In this document: piece by piece, positions 38,900 through 47,083 of the stretch
Position numbering within the stretch: the stretch's first letter is position 1
How the letters are laid out: each line of letters begins with the position of its first letter
Assembly (NCBI GenBank): GCA_902786465.1
Contig: CADACQ010000009.1
Coordinates: forward strand, 87,501-151,500
Length of the DNA stretch: 64,000 nucleotides
Reading direction: 5' to 3'
From: an uncultured Eubacteriales bacterium
Lineage (GTDB): Bacteria; Bacillota; Clostridia; Christensenellales; CAG-138
Notes under the pieces: generated by a model
What the model was told of the DNA's origin: nothing
The model's database searches: none
The model's input: only the letters and a program-made list of their open reading frames with translations
Position numbers and translations under genes: made by a program

Positions 38900-38929
38900 A
38901 GTATAGCAAAGGGGCGGGCCCTCTGTCAA
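38900..38929 (-). promoter_or_regulatory. Sigma-A-like promoter of the ECF S-component gene
   Basis: Minus strand reads TTGACA - 18 nt - TATACT. The -35 overlaps the DUF3842 stop codon. Confidence 0.5.
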
Positions 38930-39342
38930 TCGGCTTTTTTTAGCAGCACCACGATCCGGCGCACGGCGTCCTCGATAAGCTCGCCCATGGGCCTCTCCCC
39001 CACCCCGGCCACCAGGGTATCGCACCGGTTCATGGGGATCAGCACCCGGACGGCATCGCTCCTGCCCACGGCCATGGCCATGGCGGGGGTCACCTCCCCC
39101 AGGAGGGCGTCCGCGATGACGATGCCCAGGGGGCCTGCGATGATCCTGGCTCGGCGGGCGTTGACGATGACGGCGTTCTCGCCGGTGGCGGCCCGGTCCG
39201 CGCCGCCCTTCAACATATTCTCGGTGGCGGTGGAGTTGGTGCCCACGGCGGTGATGTCCGCCTGGGGCAGGGCCTCCCGCAGCCTTTTGGTGAGAAGCTT
39301 CCCCAGGTTCCCGCCCTGGCCGTCGATGATCAGGATATCCAT
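38926..39342 (-). CDS. DUF3842 family protein
   Basis: 138 aa: MDILIIDGQGGNLGK...AVGTNSTATENMLKGGA...LIPMNRC. It lies 9 nt downstream of kamE. Confidence 0.8.
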   Translation of the reverse strand: MDILIIDGQGGNLGKLLTKRLREALPQADITAVGTNSTATENMLKGGADRAATGENAVIVNARRARIIAGPLGIVIADALLGEVTPAMAMAVGRSDAVRVLIPMNRCDTLVAGVGERPMGELIEDAVRRIVVLLKKAD

Positions 39343-39351
39343 GAACTCCTC

Positions 39352-40143
39352 CTATCGATCCAGGCCTCGCCGGGTCAGCTCCTCCACGGCGAAGGAGGCC
39401 ACGTCCTCGGCGAACTTGCGGGGGCCGAAGCCGGCGTCGAAGCCCAGCTCCTTGGCCAGCTCGTGGGTGATCCGGGCGCCGCCACAGATGACCACGAAAC
39501 GGGATCTGAGGCCCTCCGCCTCCAAAAGCTCGATGAGCTCGGTCATGTTCTGAATGTGCACGTCCTTCTGGGTCACGGTCTGGGACACCAGCAGCACGTC
39601 CGCATTCAGCTCCACGGCCTTCTTCACGAAGTCCTCGTTCTCCACCTGGGCCCCCAGGTTGTAGGCTTCGATCATCTCGTAGCGCTCGAGACCGTAGTGG
39701 CCGGCGAAGCCCTTCCGGTTCATGATGGCGTCGATGCCTACGGTGTGGGCGTCGGTGCCCGTGGACGCGCCCACGAAGACCAGCTTCCGGCCGAAGTGGC
39801 TGCGGATGTAGTCGTTGACCTCCTCCATGGACATGACGCTGCTCTCCACGGTCTTGACCTCGATGTGCTCGTAGTCCACCGTGTGGACGCAGGAGCCGTA
39901 GACCACGTAGAAGGTGAAGCTTTCGTCCAGCTTCACGGCCCCGGCCACGTTGGGCTCTTCGAGCCCCATCTTTCGGGCCAGCTGCCGGGCGGCCTCCATG
40001 CCCTTCTCGTCGTCCTTCACGGGCAGGGTGAAGCTCAGCTGCACCTTGCCGTCGTTCATGGTGTCGCCGTAGGCCTTGATCCGGGTCAAATCCAACGTCC
40101 GATCAAAGCTCTTGACGCTCATATCGTAGAGTCCGCCGCTCAT
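39352..40143 (-). CDS. kamE: Lysine 5,6-aminomutase beta subunit (B12-binding)
   Basis: 263 aa with a Rossmann-like B12-binding C-terminal half (VFVGASTGTDAHTVG). It overlaps the kamD stop. Confidence 0.9.
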   Translation of the reverse strand: MSGGLYDMSVKSFDRTLDLTRIKAYGDTMNDGKVQLSFTLPVKDDEKGMEAARQLARKMGLEEPNVAGAVKLDESFTFYVVYGSCVHTVDYEHIEVKTVESSVMSMEEVNDYIRSHFGRKLVFVGASTGTDAHTVGIDAIMNRKGFAGHYGLERYEMIEAYNLGAQVENEDFVKKAVELNADVLLVSQTVTQKDVHIQNMTELIELLEAEGLRSRFVVICGGARITHELAKELGFDAGFGPRKFAEDVASFAVEELTRRGLDR

Positions 40144-41696
40144 TTCGTGCCTCCTTCCAGCAGGGTCAGGAAGGGATTGTAGTACCCCTCGGCCCGCAGC
40201 ACCACGCCATTTAGGCCTTTGCCGCCGTCCCGCATGCGCTTGATGTCGGCGAAGGTGCCGTGCTCCAACGTGGCGAAGAGGCCGTCATGCTCGATCTTTT
40301 CCAGCAGGTCCGCGGCCTTGGTCAGCACCTCGTCCGCCCGATGGGCCATGATGCCGTCGGGCTTGAAGGTCATCTCCTCCCCCAGGTCCTTCATGGTGTT
40401 GAACACGTACCGGGCGTTCTCGATGGACAGGGCCCGATCCGACATGAAGGGGGTGTGGATGGCCTCGGTCATCATGCCCAGCAGGTGGATCTTCTGGCCG
40501 GTGAGGATGGTGACCATGTTGAAGAGGGCGTCCTGCACGTGACCCCTAAAGATGTTGCCCGTCATGAACTTGGTGGGCGGCATGTACTTCAAGGGGGCCT
40601 TGGGGAAGATCTCCCGGGCCATCTGGGCCTGAGCGAGCTCGTAGAGGAAGCCGTTCTCTCTCGCGGGGTCGATCTCGAAGGCGTGGCCCAAGCCCTGCTG
40701 CTCCTCGGGGAGCCCGGCGCACAGGGCGAACTGCTCGTTGAGGAACTGGCTGGCCAGGACCGTGTGGGCCTCCTCCACCGCGTCCGCCGTGGTGAGGTAG
40801 TTGTCCTCGCCCGTGTTGATGATGACGCCCGCGAAGGCGTTGATCCGGCGGGAGAAGCTCTGGTCGATCAGCGTCCGCTGCATGTTGATGTCCCTAAAGA
40901 GGATGCCGTAGAGGGCGTCGTTCAGCATCACGTCCAACCGCTCCAATGCACCCATGGCGGCGATCTCCGGCATGCACAGGCCCGAACAGTAGTTGCACAG
41001 GCGGATGTAGCGATGCTCCTCCGCCCCCACCTCGTCGAGAGCCGCCCGCATAAGGCGGAAGTTCTCCTGGGTGGCGTAGGTGCCGCCGAAGCCCTCGGTG
41101 GTGGCCCCGTAGGGCACGTAATCGAGGAGGCTCTGGCCAGTGGTGCGGATGACTGCGATCACGTCCGCCCCCTGTCGGGCGGCGGCCTTGGCCTGGACGA
41201 TGTCCTCGTAGATGTTGCCCGTGGCCACGATGACGTAGAGGTAGGGCCCCTCCTTGTCGCCGTACTCGGACAGGTACTCGTTCCGCCGGGCCACATTTTG
41301 GCGGATGCGCTCCGCGCTGGCTTTGGCTGCCGGCTCGATGGCGGCTTGGATCTCGTCGAAGCTGTGAGGGGCCACCTTTGAGAGGTCCAGCTCCCCCCGG
41401 TCCACGGCCTCGGCGATCTCTTGGGGCGAGAGGCCCGTCTCGGCCATGGCGTTGCCCAAGGCGTAGGCCGCCCCGTAGGGCAGCAGGCCCTTTTCGAGCA
41501 GGTGATCCACCACTACGTTGGGCAGGGGCACGCCCACCTCGTTCACGCCGTCGATGAGCAGCAGGCGGCACACCGCCCGTTCCACGGTGACCGTGGTGTG
41601 TCGGTCGATGAAGGCCTGGGTGTCCACCGCCACCTGACGGGCGGCGGCCCGGGCCCGGTCGACCTTATGTTGATCCAGATTCAGCTTGGATGCCAT
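40140..41696 (-). CDS. kamD: Lysine 5,6-aminomutase alpha subunit
   Basis: Trimmed to the ATG at 41696, which forms a TAATG overlap with the kamA stop. It is 518 aa: MASKLNLDQHKVDRARAAARQVA...LCNYCSGLCMPEIA. Confidence 0.9.
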   Translation of the reverse strand: MASKLNLDQHKVDRARAAARQVAVDTQAFIDRHTTVTVERAVCRLLLIDGVNEVGVPLPNVVVDHLLEKGLLPYGAAYALGNAMAETGLSPQEIAEAVDRGELDLSKVAPHSFDEIQAAIEPAAKASAERIRQNVARRNEYLSEYGDKEGPYLYVIVATGNIYEDIVQAKAAARQGADVIAVIRTTGQSLLDYVPYGATTEGFGGTYATQENFRLMRAALDEVGAEEHRYIRLCNYCSGLCMPEIAAMGALERLDVMLNDALYGILFRDINMQRTLIDQSFSRRINAFAGVIINTGEDNYLTTADAVEEAHTVLASQFLNEQFALCAGLPEEQQGLGHAFEIDPARENGFLYELAQAQMAREIFPKAPLKYMPPTKFMTGNIFRGHVQDALFNMVTILTGQKIHLLGMMTEAIHTPFMSDRALSIENARYVFNTMKDLGEEMTFKPDGIMAHRADEVLTKAADLLEKIEHDGLFATLEHGTFADIKRMRDGGKGLNGVVLRAEGYYNPFLTLLEGGTK

Positions 41697-42955
41697 TACT
41701 TTATCCGTTCCTCTCTCAACAGGCCCTTGGGCGTCATGTACTTCTGCTCCACGCCCTGCTCCAATCCGGCCACGCCTACCTTGCTCTCCTTCCGCTTGCC
41801 GGTGCACACGGGGCAGTGGCAGTTCTCCTCATAGTGGGTGGGCTCGGAATAGGTGGTGATGACGCCCTCGAAGTTCCGAAGGACGATCTTGCCGGGCTTC
41901 TGGGAGATCAGGTAGGTGGGCATCACCGGGGTCTTGCCGCCGCCGCCCGGGGCGTCCACCACGAAGGTGGGCACGCACAGGCCGCTGGTGTGGCCGCGAA
42001 GGCCCTCCATGATCTCGATGCCCTTCGATACCGGGGTGCGGAAGTGGCTGAGGCCCAGGGAGGGGTCGCAGGCGTAGATGTAGTAGGGGCGCACCCGGAT
42101 GTAGACCAGCTCGTTCACCAGCTTCTTCATCACGTGGACGCAGTCGTTGACGCCGGCGAGAAGCACGCTCTGGTTCCCCAGGGGGATGCCCGCGTCGGCG
42201 AGGCGCGCGCAGGCTGCCGCCGCCTCGGGGGTGATCTCGCTGGGGTGGTTGAAGTGAGTGTTGACCCAGATGGGATGGTACTTCTTCAGCGTGGCGCAGA
42301 GCTCCGGGGTGATCCGCTGGGGGCAAACCACGGGGGTGCGGGTGCCGATGCGGATGATCTCCACGTGCTCGATGGTCCGAAGCTCGGCGACGATCTGCTC
42401 CAGGAGGCCGTCGCCCAGCATCAGGGCGTCGCCGCCGGAGAGGAGCACGTCCCGGACCTCCTCATGCTGCCGGATGTACTCGATGCACTTTTTGATCTGC
42501 TCCATGGGCACGGCGCAGTCCGTCTGCCCGGCGAAGCGCCGGCGGGTGCAGTGGCGGCAGTACATGGAGCACTGGTCGGTGACCAGGAACAGCACCCGGT
42601 CGGGGTACCGATGGGTCAGGCCCTTCACAGGGGAATCCGTGTCCTCGTGGAGGGGGTCCGCCGCCTCGTAGGGAGCCGATTCCAGCTCGTGGGCCGTGGG
42701 CACCGCCTGGCGGCGGATGGGATCATAGGGATCGTTGAGGTCGATGAGGGACAGGTAGTAGGGGGTGATGGCCATGCGCAGCCGACCCAGGGTCCGGCGC
42801 ACGCCCTCTTCCTCTTCCTCGGTCAGGTTCATGTACTTCTTCAGGTCCTCCAGGGTCTCCACCCGGTTCTTGACCTGCCAGTGCCAGTCGTTCCACAGCT
42901 CATCCGGCACATCCCGGAACAGCCCGTTCTTCCGGGCGTAATTCTCAAAATGCAT
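41696..42955 (-). CDS. kamA: L-lysine 2,3-aminomutase (radical SAM)
   Basis: 419 aa with the CSMYCRHCTRR cluster motif, LLSGGDAL, and a C-terminal zinc Cys motif. Confidence 0.95.
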   Translation of the reverse strand: MHFENYARKNGLFRDVPDELWNDWHWQVKNRVETLEDLKKYMNLTEEEEEGVRRTLGRLRMAITPYYLSLIDLNDPYDPIRRQAVPTAHELESAPYEAADPLHEDTDSPVKGLTHRYPDRVLFLVTDQCSMYCRHCTRRRFAGQTDCAVPMEQIKKCIEYIRQHEEVRDVLLSGGDALMLGDGLLEQIVAELRTIEHVEIIRIGTRTPVVCPQRITPELCATLKKYHPIWVNTHFNHPSEITPEAAAACARLADAGIPLGNQSVLLAGVNDCVHVMKKLVNELVYIRVRPYYIYACDPSLGLSHFRTPVSKGIEIMEGLRGHTSGLCVPTFVVDAPGGGGKTPVMPTYLISQKPGKIVLRNFEGVITTYSEPTHYEENCHCPVCTGKRKESKVGVAGLEQGVEQKYMTPKGLLREERIK

Positions 42956-42978
42956 ATCCAGACTCCTTATGCAATGAT

Positions 42979-44019
42979 TTATACGTATTTTTCGTCGAAC
43001 AGGGCCCGCAGTTTGGGGTTCTCCCGAAGCACGTTCAGCGTGATCTCGGCGTGATCCTTGGTGTAGCCGTTGCCGATGATCATGTTCACGTCCTTGCCGA
43101 TGCCCTCGGCGCCCAGGGCCGCCTTGGTGAAGCTGGTGGCCATGGAGAAGAAGTACACGAGACCGTCGTCCCGCACGGGCAGGATGGCGCTCATCTCGCA
43201 GTTGGGCTGGTTCACGCAGCAGATGGAGATATCGTACTCCTTGCCGCCGTTGGCCGCCAGGGCCGCCTCCAGCACCGCCACGGGCTCCGTCGCGGAGGCC
43301 ACGATGACCTTATGGTACACGCCCAGCTCCATGAGGGCGGGGACCTGCTTGGGGTTCCTCACGAGGCCCACCACGTTGCCGGTGGGGCCCACCTTCTTCA
43401 TGGCCTCGTAGCCGCAGAGGACGGCGCTCTTGCCGTTGGCGCCCAGGATCAGGACGGAATCGCCCTCCTTAGGGAGCTTACGGGCCTGGGCGGGGGCGCC
43501 CGCTACGTCGAGGGCCGCGAGAGCCAACGCTTCGCTCATATCGTTGGGAAGCTTGGCGTAGATGCCGCTTTCGAAGAGGACGGCTTTGCCCACGATGTCC
43601 ACCCGGTCGATGTCCTTGTGGACGGCCAGGATCTTGTCGATCCTGAGCGGCGTCAGGGACAGGGACACCAGGGAGGCGATCTTGTCGCCCACCTTGAGGT
43701 CGCGATCCTTCAAGTCCTCGCCGATATAGGCCACGGTGCCGATGAACATGCCGCCGGAGCCGGTGACGGGGTTCTGCTGCTTGCCCCGCTCAGCTACGAT
43801 CCCCATGATCATCTCGCCGATCTTCTGCTCGTCGCCGCCGCAGGCCTCCTCGATCTGGGTGAAGGAGGCGGAGTCGATGTTCAGGGACTGGACGTCGCAG
43901 ATGATCTCGTTGGAGTAGAGGACGTCCATGTTGTTGTCGATCCGGTAAGCCGCCTGGGTGAGCACGCCCTTGGGCTCGATGACGCGATGGGTGCCGTACT
44001 TGTTGCCTTTGAGTGCCAT
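42979..44019 (-). CDS. kdd: L-erythro-3,5-diaminohexanoate dehydrogenase
   Basis: 346 aa starting ...YGTHRVIEPKGVLTQAAYRIDNNMDVLYSNEIICDVQSLNIDSASF. It sits between kamA and kce. Confidence 0.85.
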   Translation of the reverse strand: MALKGNKYGTHRVIEPKGVLTQAAYRIDNNMDVLYSNEIICDVQSLNIDSASFTQIEEACGGDEQKIGEMIMGIVAERGKQQNPVTGSGGMFIGTVAYIGEDLKDRDLKVGDKIASLVSLSLTPLRIDKILAVHKDIDRVDIVGKAVLFESGIYAKLPNDMSEALALAALDVAGAPAQARKLPKEGDSVLILGANGKSAVLCGYEAMKKVGPTGNVVGLVRNPKQVPALMELGVYHKVIVASATEPVAVLEAALAANGGKEYDISICCVNQPNCEMSAILPVRDDGLVYFFSMATSFTKAALGAEGIGKDVNMIIGNGYTKDHAEITLNVLRENPKLRALFDEKYV

Positions 44020-44070
44020 GAATTTTTCCTCCGTATAAAATGTATTTTTATAAGTTTATGCTGTATATAT

Positions 44071-44913
44071 TCACTTGACAGGGCAGTTGGGGCCGCCGAC
44101 TAAGCCCAGGATGGCCCGAGCTTCCGCGGGGGAGGCGATCTCCCGGCCCAGCTCCCGAGAAAGGCGCACCACCTTCTCCACCAGCTCGCCGTTGCTGCGG
44201 GCCTTCACACCCCGGGAGAGATAGAGATTGTCCTCGAAGCCCACCCGAACGTTGCCGCCCATGACAATGGCGGGGGCTGCCAGGGTGAAGGCGCTGCGGC
44301 CCACGCCTGTGGCCGTCCAGGTGGAGCCGGCGGGGATGGCGCTGTCCATCCAGACCAGGTTCTGGACCGTGGCGGGGGAACAGCCGGGGACGCCCAACAC
44401 GAAGTTGAACTGCATGGGCGCGCCGGGGACCTCCCCCTTGCGGGCCATGTTCAGGATGGTGTCGAGATGCCCCATCTCGAAGCACTCGTACTCGGGCTTG
44501 ATGCGGTTCTCGATCATGCGCTGGCCGAACGCCCGCATGGTGGGCATGGTGTTGTCGAAAATCTCGTCGCCGAAGTTGCAGGTGCCGCAATCCAGGGTGG
44601 CCATCTCCGGGAACAGCTCCGTGGGCTGGAGCCGCTCCTGGGGTTTCATGCCCGTGGCGCCGCCGGTGGAGGGGATCATGATGACGTCGGGTAGCTCCGC
44701 GCGGATGGCGTCCATGACCACCCTAAACCGCTCCCGATCCTGGGTGGGGGTGCCGTCGTCCCAGCGGACGTGGACGTGGATGATGGAAGCTCCCGCGTCG
44801 TAGGCGGACCGGGCCTCCCGGACCATCTCCTCTACGGTGTAGGGGACGGCTATGTTCTGCTGTTTGGTGACCTCTGCGCCGCAGATGGCGGCGGTGATGA
44901 TAAGCTTCTCCAT
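44071..44913 (-). CDS. kce: 3-keto-5-aminohexanoate cleavage enzyme (BKACE/DUF849)
   Basis: 280 aa: MEKLIITAAICGAEVTK...ASIIHVHVR. Confidence 0.9.
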   Translation of the reverse strand: MEKLIITAAICGAEVTKQQNIAVPYTVEEMVREARSAYDAGASIIHVHVRWDDGTPTQDRERFRVVMDAIRAELPDVIMIPSTGGATGMKPQERLQPTELFPEMATLDCGTCNFGDEIFDNTMPTMRAFGQRMIENRIKPEYECFEMGHLDTILNMARKGEVPGAPMQFNFVLGVPGCSPATVQNLVWMDSAIPAGSTWTATGVGRSAFTLAAPAIVMGGNVRVGFEDNLYLSRGVKARSNGELVEKVVRLSRELGREIASPAEARAILGLVGGPNCPVK

Positions 44914-44914
44914 A

Positions 44915-45298
44915 TCAGTTGAACCTTTGCTTGTCCTTGGGGGTCACGCAGGTGCCGCTGGCCCGGCAGACCAGGATGGGGTCAGACAGGACCTCCGCCG
45001 CGGAATCGTTGATGTCCGGCCGGGCGGTGATGACCTTGCGGGCCTCAAAGACCATCTTCCGGGAGGTGTTGCCCTCGGACACGATCTCGCCCGTGGCCTC
45101 GATGAAGTCTCCGGCGTAGACCGGCGCCTTGAACTCCACCATGTCGTAGGCGCAGAACAATCCCTCGTCCCCGTCCCGGCGGATTAGCAGCTCCGTCGCC
45201 ACGTCCCCGAACAGCTCCAACATCTTCGCGCCGTCCACCAGATTCCCGCCGTAATGGGCGTCGTGGGCGCTCATGCGCACTCGAATGGTCACTTGCAT
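44915..45298 (-). CDS. kal: 3-aminobutyryl-CoA ammonia-lyase (hotdog fold)
   Basis: 127 aa, the first gene after the riboswitch, with RBS AAGGAGG. Its size, hotdog-like sequence and context match Kal. Confidence 0.75.
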   Translation of the reverse strand: MQVTIRVRMSAHDAHYGGNLVDGAKMLELFGDVATELLIRRDGDEGLFCAYDMVEFKAPVYAGDFIEATGEIVSEGNTSRKMVFEARKVITARPDINDSAAEVLSDPILVCRASGTCVTPKDKQRFN

Positions 45299-45322
45299 AC
45301 TCCTGCCTCCTTATACATTTTG

Positions 45323-45411
45323 AAATAGAAAAACACTATGGAAAACGAGACTTCCCATAGCGCTCCGTCCAAGAAAAAGGCTATCGACGCGGAATGACCG
45401 TATCGATAGCG
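45323..45411 (-). terminator. Two tandem intrinsic-terminator-like hairpins in the kal leader
   Basis: T1 (45371..45411) is GCTATCGA-N15-TCGATAGC followed by CTTTTTCTT. T2 (45323..45360) is CTATGGGAA-gtctcgt-TTTTCCATAG followed by TGTTTTTCTATTT. Confidence 0.5.
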
Positions 45412-45414
45412 CTT

Positions 45415-45580
45415 CGTCAACCAGACGACAGTGGCCGAGTTCTGTCCGCCCGGCCCCCAAGAAGCGGCAGCGGCGAAGCTCCCTCCTCTTTCGGCGGCTG
45501 CGCCCCTTTCCCGGGGGACCGTTCGCCCGTTATCCCCGCCGGGTACCCTGCGCGCCGCGCCTCTATCCACAATATTCTGT
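45415..45580 (-). promoter_or_regulatory. Lysine riboswitch (L-box) aptamer
   Basis: Minus strand reads GGATAGAGGCGCGGCGCGCAGGGTACCC...CCCCGGGAAAGGGGCGCAGCCGCCGAAAGAGGAGGG...GGCCACTGTCGTCTGG. The conserved L-box blocks AGAGGCGC, GAAAGGGG, GCCGAAAG and ACTGTC occur in the correct order and spacing. Confidence 0.8.
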
Positions 45581-45587
45581 TGTAGGT

Positions 45588-45617
45588 ATTGTATCAAAAA
45601 AGTTGCCGTTTTGTCAA
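45588..45617 (-). promoter_or_regulatory. Sigma-A-like promoter of the lysine fermentation operon
   Basis: Minus strand reads TTGACA - 18 nt - TACAAT. The -35 overlaps the stop codon of the MutS-like gene. Confidence 0.5.
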
Positions 45618-47083
45618 TCGGGACGGGGGATATATTCCCGCCGGATGGCCGAGAGCAAGCCCTCCTCCACCCCCAGGAGCTCGGCCACGGAGAGGGCCTT
45701 TTGGGGCACGGCGGCGTCGGTGATCTCCTCCACGCCGTAGTCCATGAACCGGCGCAGGACCGTGAGCTTGTCGGCCCCGGCTTCGATCATGCGGCGGCCC
45801 TCCGATACGCCCAGATCCCGGACGCCCCGGGTGAGGAACCGGCGGCTCGCCCGGGCGGCCACGGCCTCGTAGTGGGTGACGAAGAGGCAAATTGAACCGG
45901 AAGCGTTGAAGTAGGACAGGGCTCCCTGCTGGAGCTTCACGGCCTCGGCCGGGTTGGTGCCCCGGGCGAACTCGTCGAAGAGGACCAGGCAGAAGCCGCG
46001 CTGCACGGCCCGGGCGGCAGCGTCCGCGGCCATGAGCTCCCCACCGAAGGAGGACAGGCCCTCCCGACCGTCCTCCCCCTCCCCCCGGACCAGGCACAGG
46101 CAGTCGAAGAGGGGCACGGTCGAGGCGTCGGCGAAGGGGAACAAGCCGCAATGAGTGAGATACACGTTCAGGGCCAGGGTCTTGAGGCACACGCTCTTGC
46201 CGCCCATGTTGGCTCCGGTGAGCACGGCGGCCCCGGGAACGAGGGACAGACTGAGGGGCGTGAAGGCGGCCCCCTGGCGTTGGAGGCTGTCCCGGATGGC
46301 GGGATGGACCATGTTCACGAAGGACAGCTCCCTATCGGTGAGGGTGGGTTGGACGCCGCCCAGTTCCTGGACCAGGGCGGCTTTGGCAAAAAGCAGGTCC
46401 AGATGAGCGAGGGCGTCCAGGCTGTCAGCTATGGCTTTTCGGTAGGACACCAGCTTTTGGGACAGGGCCGCGCACAGGCGTTGCTCCGCCTCCGCCTCCC
46501 GGGCTACGATGGATGTGCGCTGCAGGAGCAGGGCTTCACGCTGGTCGCCGGCGGCCTGGGCGATCTGTTTTTCAATGATCCGCTTCTCCTCCCGGACGGC
46601 GGCCAGGTCAGCCGACCACTGGTCCCGCAGGGAGAAGGATGGGTTGCCGGAGTTTTCCGGGTCCAGGATAAAGAGGGCTTCGGGCACCTCCCGCAGGGCC
46701 AGGTCCTCCCACCGGGCGGAAGCCTGCAGGGCGGCGAAGTCCGCCGCCAGGCCCCGGAGGAGGAGCAGATACCGCTTCAGCTCGAAGAGCTCCACTTGGT
46801 CGAGGTCCCGCTGGCCCAGCCTCGTAACGGTGGCGCGGATATCCCGAAGCTGCATGAGCTCCTGCCGAAAGCCGCGGAGGGCGGGATGGTCCCCCAGGGC
46901 CACGGCCTTGCCCAGGTCCTCGAGCTCCCGCTGCAGGGCTTCCCGCTCAGATGGGGCATAGGGAGCCAGGGCCCGCTTTTTCTCCCGGCCCAGGGGGCTC
47001 AGGGGCAAAAGCCGGTCCAGCACGAAGTCGAGGCCTATATCCTGTTGCTGCTGCAAAGTCAATTCCATTGGGTTTCCTCCCAA
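45614..47083 (-). CDS. MutS-domain-V ATPase, candidate lysine 5,6-aminomutase reactivase ATPase (KamC-like)
   Basis: 489 aa with Walker A GANMGGKS and a LFDEFARGTNP motif as in MutS domain V. It has no mismatch-binding or Smr domains. It is adjacent to the kam operon. Confidence 0.7.
   Translation of the reverse strand: MGGNPMELTLQQQQDIGLDFVLDRLLPLSPLGREKKRALAPYAPSEREALQRELEDLGKAVALGDHPALRGFRQELMQLRDIRATVTRLGQRDLDQVELFELKRYLLLLRGLAADFAALQASARWEDLALREVPEALFILDPENSGNPSFSLRDQWSADLAAVREEKRIIEKQIAQAAGDQREALLLQRTSIVAREAEAEQRLCAALSQKLVSYRKAIADSLDALAHLDLLFAKAALVQELGGVQPTLTDRELSFVNMVHPAIRDSLQRQGAAFTPLSLSLVPGAAVLTGANMGGKSVCLKTLALNVYLTHCGLFPFADASTVPLFDCLCLVRGEGEDGREGLSSFGGELMAADAAARAVQRGFCLVLFDEFARGTNPAEAVKLQQGALSYFNASGSICLFVTHYEAVAARASRRFLTRGVRDLGVSEGRRMIEAGADKLTVLRRFMDYGVEEITDAAVPQKALSVAELLGVEEGLLSAIRREYIPRPD

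Noticed and set aside
38830-38900. Possible cobalamin riboswitch in the ECF leader (GGAAGTCGGC..., CCCGCCAATACT)
   Set aside because: The B12-box and GCCACTG-type core are not present, and the leader is too short for the canonical fold. I left it as an unassigned attenuator.
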